DNA of 64,000 nucleotides from Nitrospinaceae bacterium (GTDB lineage Bacteria; Nitrospinota; Nitrospinia; Nitrospinales; Nitrospinaceae): NCBI GenBank assembly GCA_965223665.1, contig OZ245011.1, positions 1,312,001 to 1,376,000 of the forward strand, read 5' to 3'. Shown piece by piece: positions 60,942 to 64,000 of this stretch (position 1 is its first letter; each line of letters starts with the position of its first letter). The notes under the pieces were generated by a model. It saw only the letters and a program-made list of their open reading frames with translations, ran no database searches and was not told where the DNA came from. The position numbers and the translations under genes were made by a program.

Positions 60942-62966
60942 TTAATTATTTATTGTAATAGCAAAAAAGAAACTTCTGGGAACTTCCGTTGGAGTTACTA
61001 AAGTTGCACTATTAGGCTCCAGAAATTCCAAATGATTAGGATCCAATAAATTCAGCGCTCCCAAGCTTAAAGATACATTTTTCAGAGGTTTCCAGCCTAA
61101 ACGAACATCCAACCGTGTATAACTCGGAATATTAAATTGATTAATGTCATCCACAAAATTCAAATAAGTATCCAATTCGAAATTCCTTGGTAAATTCATA
61201 GTTGATCTCAATTGGACCTGGAAGCTGGGATCAAGACCCTCAACGGAAGGTGCAGTTACCAATCCTGGGTCGGGAGTTAAATCCATTTCAAACCATGAAA
61301 AACCAGATTTCAAGGTCCACCAATTAAAAGGATTCCAAAAAACCGATAATTCCATCCCATAAGTATGTCCAGAAAATCCCTTTCTCGCAAATGATGTCTG
61401 TCTTACAAAGGTAGGAAAATTCGATAAGTCTAAAGGACCTAATTCAACGGATCGCACATCATCATAAAAATTCAAATATGTTGATATATCGACCAAAACA
61501 TTTTTTAAAGCTTTCCATCGATAACCCAATTCCAAAGACAGCAAATCTTCAGACACTGGATTGGGAACTCCTTGTAAAGAAATCACGGTGGGAGGTATTG
61601 TGGGTAAGAGTCCCGCTAGCAAAAATACCCGTTCTTCCACAATATTTGGGGTTCGGACTGCCCTGGAAGCTGCAAACCAAATCGTATTTTTTTTATTTGG
61701 AGTATAAACCAAACGTACGTTTGGTTGAAATTCAAAACCACTAAAAGAATTGTGCTCAAACTTTGATCCAACAATTAATTTTAAAAATTTATCCACAATT
61801 GTAATTTCATCCTGAATAAAACCGTCGATACGAAAATTAAAATCTGTCTGTGGATTTATACGTAAGTTAAAAGCATTTTTAAATTCATCAAAGGTATAGT
61901 TTTGGCCAAAACCAATGGTAACATCATGTCTCTTCAGCAATTTCCTACGATGTTGGATTTGCAAATCCAGTGTGTTGACTAGAATTTCCGGAAGAAATGG
62001 TTCCTCCCTGTGCTCCCGGTTCCAAAAAAACTGAACTTGTGTTTCAGAGTTTGGATTATGTCTCTTTACCCATCTGGCAAGAATATTTGCTCCATCAATA
62101 TCTCCCTCTGCATCAAAAGTTCTTGCCGCGGGGGGAGTTAAAGAAACAATCGTATTAGAAGTTCGAGAGCTAGATTCACCATTATAATAATCTCCCTGAA
62201 AAGTAAATTCTTCATCTTTACTTTTTTCCAGGTCAAACCGAAATCCTCCACGGAATTGATTCCAATGGTCGTTGGCTAAAGTTCCAGGTCTAGGCTCAAA
62301 ACTACCTCGATTAAAATATTTTCCATAGACTCTGTAAGTGGTATTTTCATTTAATTTCGCTCCATACCTAAATGTGGTTGAACCTTGCTCAAGGGTTCCA
62401 ATTACCCCTTTCCCATGGAACCCCTGTGTGTCCTTGGAATTTTTGGTAATAATATTAATAACTCCGTTAACTGCATTTGCACCCCATAAGGTTCCTCCTG
62501 GCCCTCTAATCACCTCAATCCGTTCAATATCCTCAAGCGGGTAATCAATTTGATCCCAGAAAACTCCTGAAAAAGTAATCGAATAAACAACCCTCCCATC
62601 TATTAAAACCAAAAGCTTGTCTGAGATTCTTTGATTAAATCCTCTTGAGGTTATCGCCCATTTGTTGGAATCAATTTGAGCCACTTGAAGCCCAGGTACC
62701 ATTCTCAATAATTCGGGGATGTTTAAAGCGGTAGAACGTCGAATATCTTCTTTTGTAATTACATAAATAGCTGCAGAGGCATCAAAAAGGTTTTGTTCCT
62801 TTTTACTCACTGAAGTTACTTTGGAAAGTTTAATCCCTTTTAATTCTGAAATTGAAAGCTTTGTTAAATCCTCTGGAATAGTTTGCTTTGGTTCTAACTC
62901 GTTAGCCCATAAATTACTTGCAAGGCAAAATAGGAAAAATACGAAGACAATTAGGTGTTTAATCAT
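60942..62966 (-). CDS. TonB-dependent receptor (plug + barrel)
   Basis: Signal peptide; SVSKK..ASAAIYVIT; ERIEVIRGPGGTLWGANAVNGVINIITK; RLDVRLGW. Confidence 0.92.
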   Translation of the reverse strand: MIKHLIVFVFFLFCLASNLWANELEPKQTIPEDLTKLSISELKGIKLSKVTSVSKKEQNLFDASAAIYVITKEDIRRSTALNIPELLRMVPGLQVAQIDSNKWAITSRGFNQRISDKLLVLIDGRVVYSITFSGVFWDQIDYPLEDIERIEVIRGPGGTLWGANAVNGVINIITKNSKDTQGFHGKGVIGTLEQGSTTFRYGAKLNENTTYRVYGKYFNRGSFEPRPGTLANDHWNQFRGGFRFDLEKSKDEEFTFQGDYYNGESSSRTSNTIVSLTPPAARTFDAEGDIDGANILARWVKRHNPNSETQVQFFWNREHREEPFLPEILVNTLDLQIQHRRKLLKRHDVTIGFGQNYTFDEFKNAFNLRINPQTDFNFRIDGFIQDEITIVDKFLKLIVGSKFEHNSFSGFEFQPNVRLVYTPNKKNTIWFAASRAVRTPNIVEERVFLLAGLLPTIPPTVISLQGVPNPVSEDLLSLELGYRWKALKNVLVDISTYLNFYDDVRSVELGPLDLSNFPTFVRQTSFARKGFSGHTYGMELSVFWNPFNWWTLKSGFSWFEMDLTPDPGLVTAPSVEGLDPSFQVQLRSTMNLPRNFELDTYLNFVDDINQFNIPSYTRLDVRLGWKPLKNVSLSLGALNLLDPNHLEFLEPNSATLVTPTEVPRSFFFAITINN

Positions 62967-63923
62967 TGTTTGATTTCATTGAGTGCATTAATAAGTGGTT
63001 CAATTGGAGCAAAACTTAATCTTCTCAAAAAAAAGTTAAGATCTATTAAATTAAGGTAAACACTTGACGGCAATAATTTTTCAACCATCTAAAATAAATA
63101 CCCTAATTAGTTGTTTTTATTGAGTATAAATAGGTTAATGGGTGTGCCGATAAATTCAACACCTCTTAAAGATTCGAACTGTAACTTCCGGAATTTCAAT
63201 GCTTATCAGTAGCCTTTTTAAAGAAATCAGCCAAACGGAATAAGCATTGGCACCTAGTTTAAGGTAAGGAATGCTGTCCATGTATCTTTCAATAGGGGCT
63301 AAAGAATATATAAACCCTTCTGATTAAATACTTTTAGGTATTTAAAAAAATGTTTTTAAAAGAAAGAGATCCATTGTTTACTTACTTTTAACTTAGAAGT
63401 TAAAACCTCTTTGAAAAGAAATAAATCCATAAATTTCGAGTCAAATCAAATTTACCATCCAAGTTCATAGTTAAGAATAAATAGAGAAAGTTCTTAACAT
63501 CGCTTTAAGTAAAGCAATTATGAAAAATGCCCAGACTTATCTCGATTTAAGGGATTCGAAATCTAGAAATCTGTTGCGCTATTTGCTCTTAATAAGAATT
63601 GAATATTAAGACTAAACGCTAGCTTGGTTGTTTGATGCATTTAGAGTTAAATATTGGGGATCTTGAATAATTTAGAATTTAATTAATACGAGCTAAAATC
63701 CAATTTCTCATTCATTTCTGCCAAAAATAAAACTTTCAATTCTTATCCTAAGCTCTTTATAAAATTTAGTTCCTAAGAAAAATCAAACTCGAATTATTTA
63801 ATTACGAAGTTCATTCTAGATTAGGAACAAAATATGACTAGACAAAAACGCTAAATAAAATTATACTTTGCCGAAATCAAACTTAGATAAATGTATATTT
63901 GAATTGTTTTTGGGGGGTTAAAA

Positions 63924-64000
63924 ATGATTCATGAAGCGGTTAACTTTGTTCAGAAGGAACTCCAGAAACAACTGGAGATTCCGGCAACGGATGTCATTGT
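63924..64000 (+). CDS. 5' fragment of a CDS running off the window; possibly DUF4255/Pvc16-like
   Basis: G6 RBS at 63912-63917; open frame MIHEAVNFVQKELQKQLEIPATDVI to the window end. Confidence 0.45.
   Translation, partial: MIHEAVNFVQKELQKQLEIPATDVI

Noticed and set aside
925-62544. Numerous 60-165 aa ORFs antisense to or overlapping well-supported genes (e.g. 3485..3979, 18430..18774, 41589..41945, 50209..50550)
   Set aside because: Shadow ORFs with no motifs or RBS, overlapping confidently assigned CDSs
63138-63275. 24-aa ORF (63138-63212) and hairpin AGCATT..ACCT..AGGT..AATGCT (63243-63275) as a leader peptide or riboswitch
   Set aside because: Weak RBS, short stems, and no match by eye to SAM, c-di-GMP or other riboswitch consensus; needs Infernal to settle
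1-64000. CRISPR arrays, tRNA/rRNA genes, IS elements
   Set aside because: No regularly spaced direct repeats, cloverleaf/rRNA signatures or transposase ORFs seen by eye; very short or degenerate elements could be missed

Overview
AT-rich bacterial chromosomal window, densely coding, with no rRNA, tRNA, CRISPR array or transposase recognised. The xerC-hslV-hslU-argB-hrcA-grpE order and an NxrC/EbdC-like heme b protein would fit a Nitrospinota-like nitrite oxidiser, but that is inference only. The first ~40 kb is mostly housekeeping and metabolism: xerC, hslVU, argB, hrcA, grpE, mutM, a B12 radical SAM protein, ilvD, an M16 peptidase, dnaE, ald, a ThDP enzyme plus ALDH, ate, lysA and speA. It also holds a diheme CcP/MauG-family gene under a perfect Fur box, and an orphan cytochrome b in a thiol/metal operon. 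The main accessory feature is at 40-49.5 kb: a compact thiazole/oxazole RiPP cluster (77-aa precursor with an NHLP-like leader and a SSCVCICCTAS core, E1-like/RRE partner, azoline-type YcaO ending PHPFP, SagB dehydrogenase). It is transcribed divergently from a TonB-dependent receptor / YfiR-like / HAMP histidine kinase / response regulator cassette. A second, paralogous receptor-YfiR-kinase cassette lies at 58.4-63 kb, facing a ~950 bp intergenic region and the truncated start of a possible DUF4255/Pvc16-like gene. All family assignments come from motif recognition by eye; no database searches were run.
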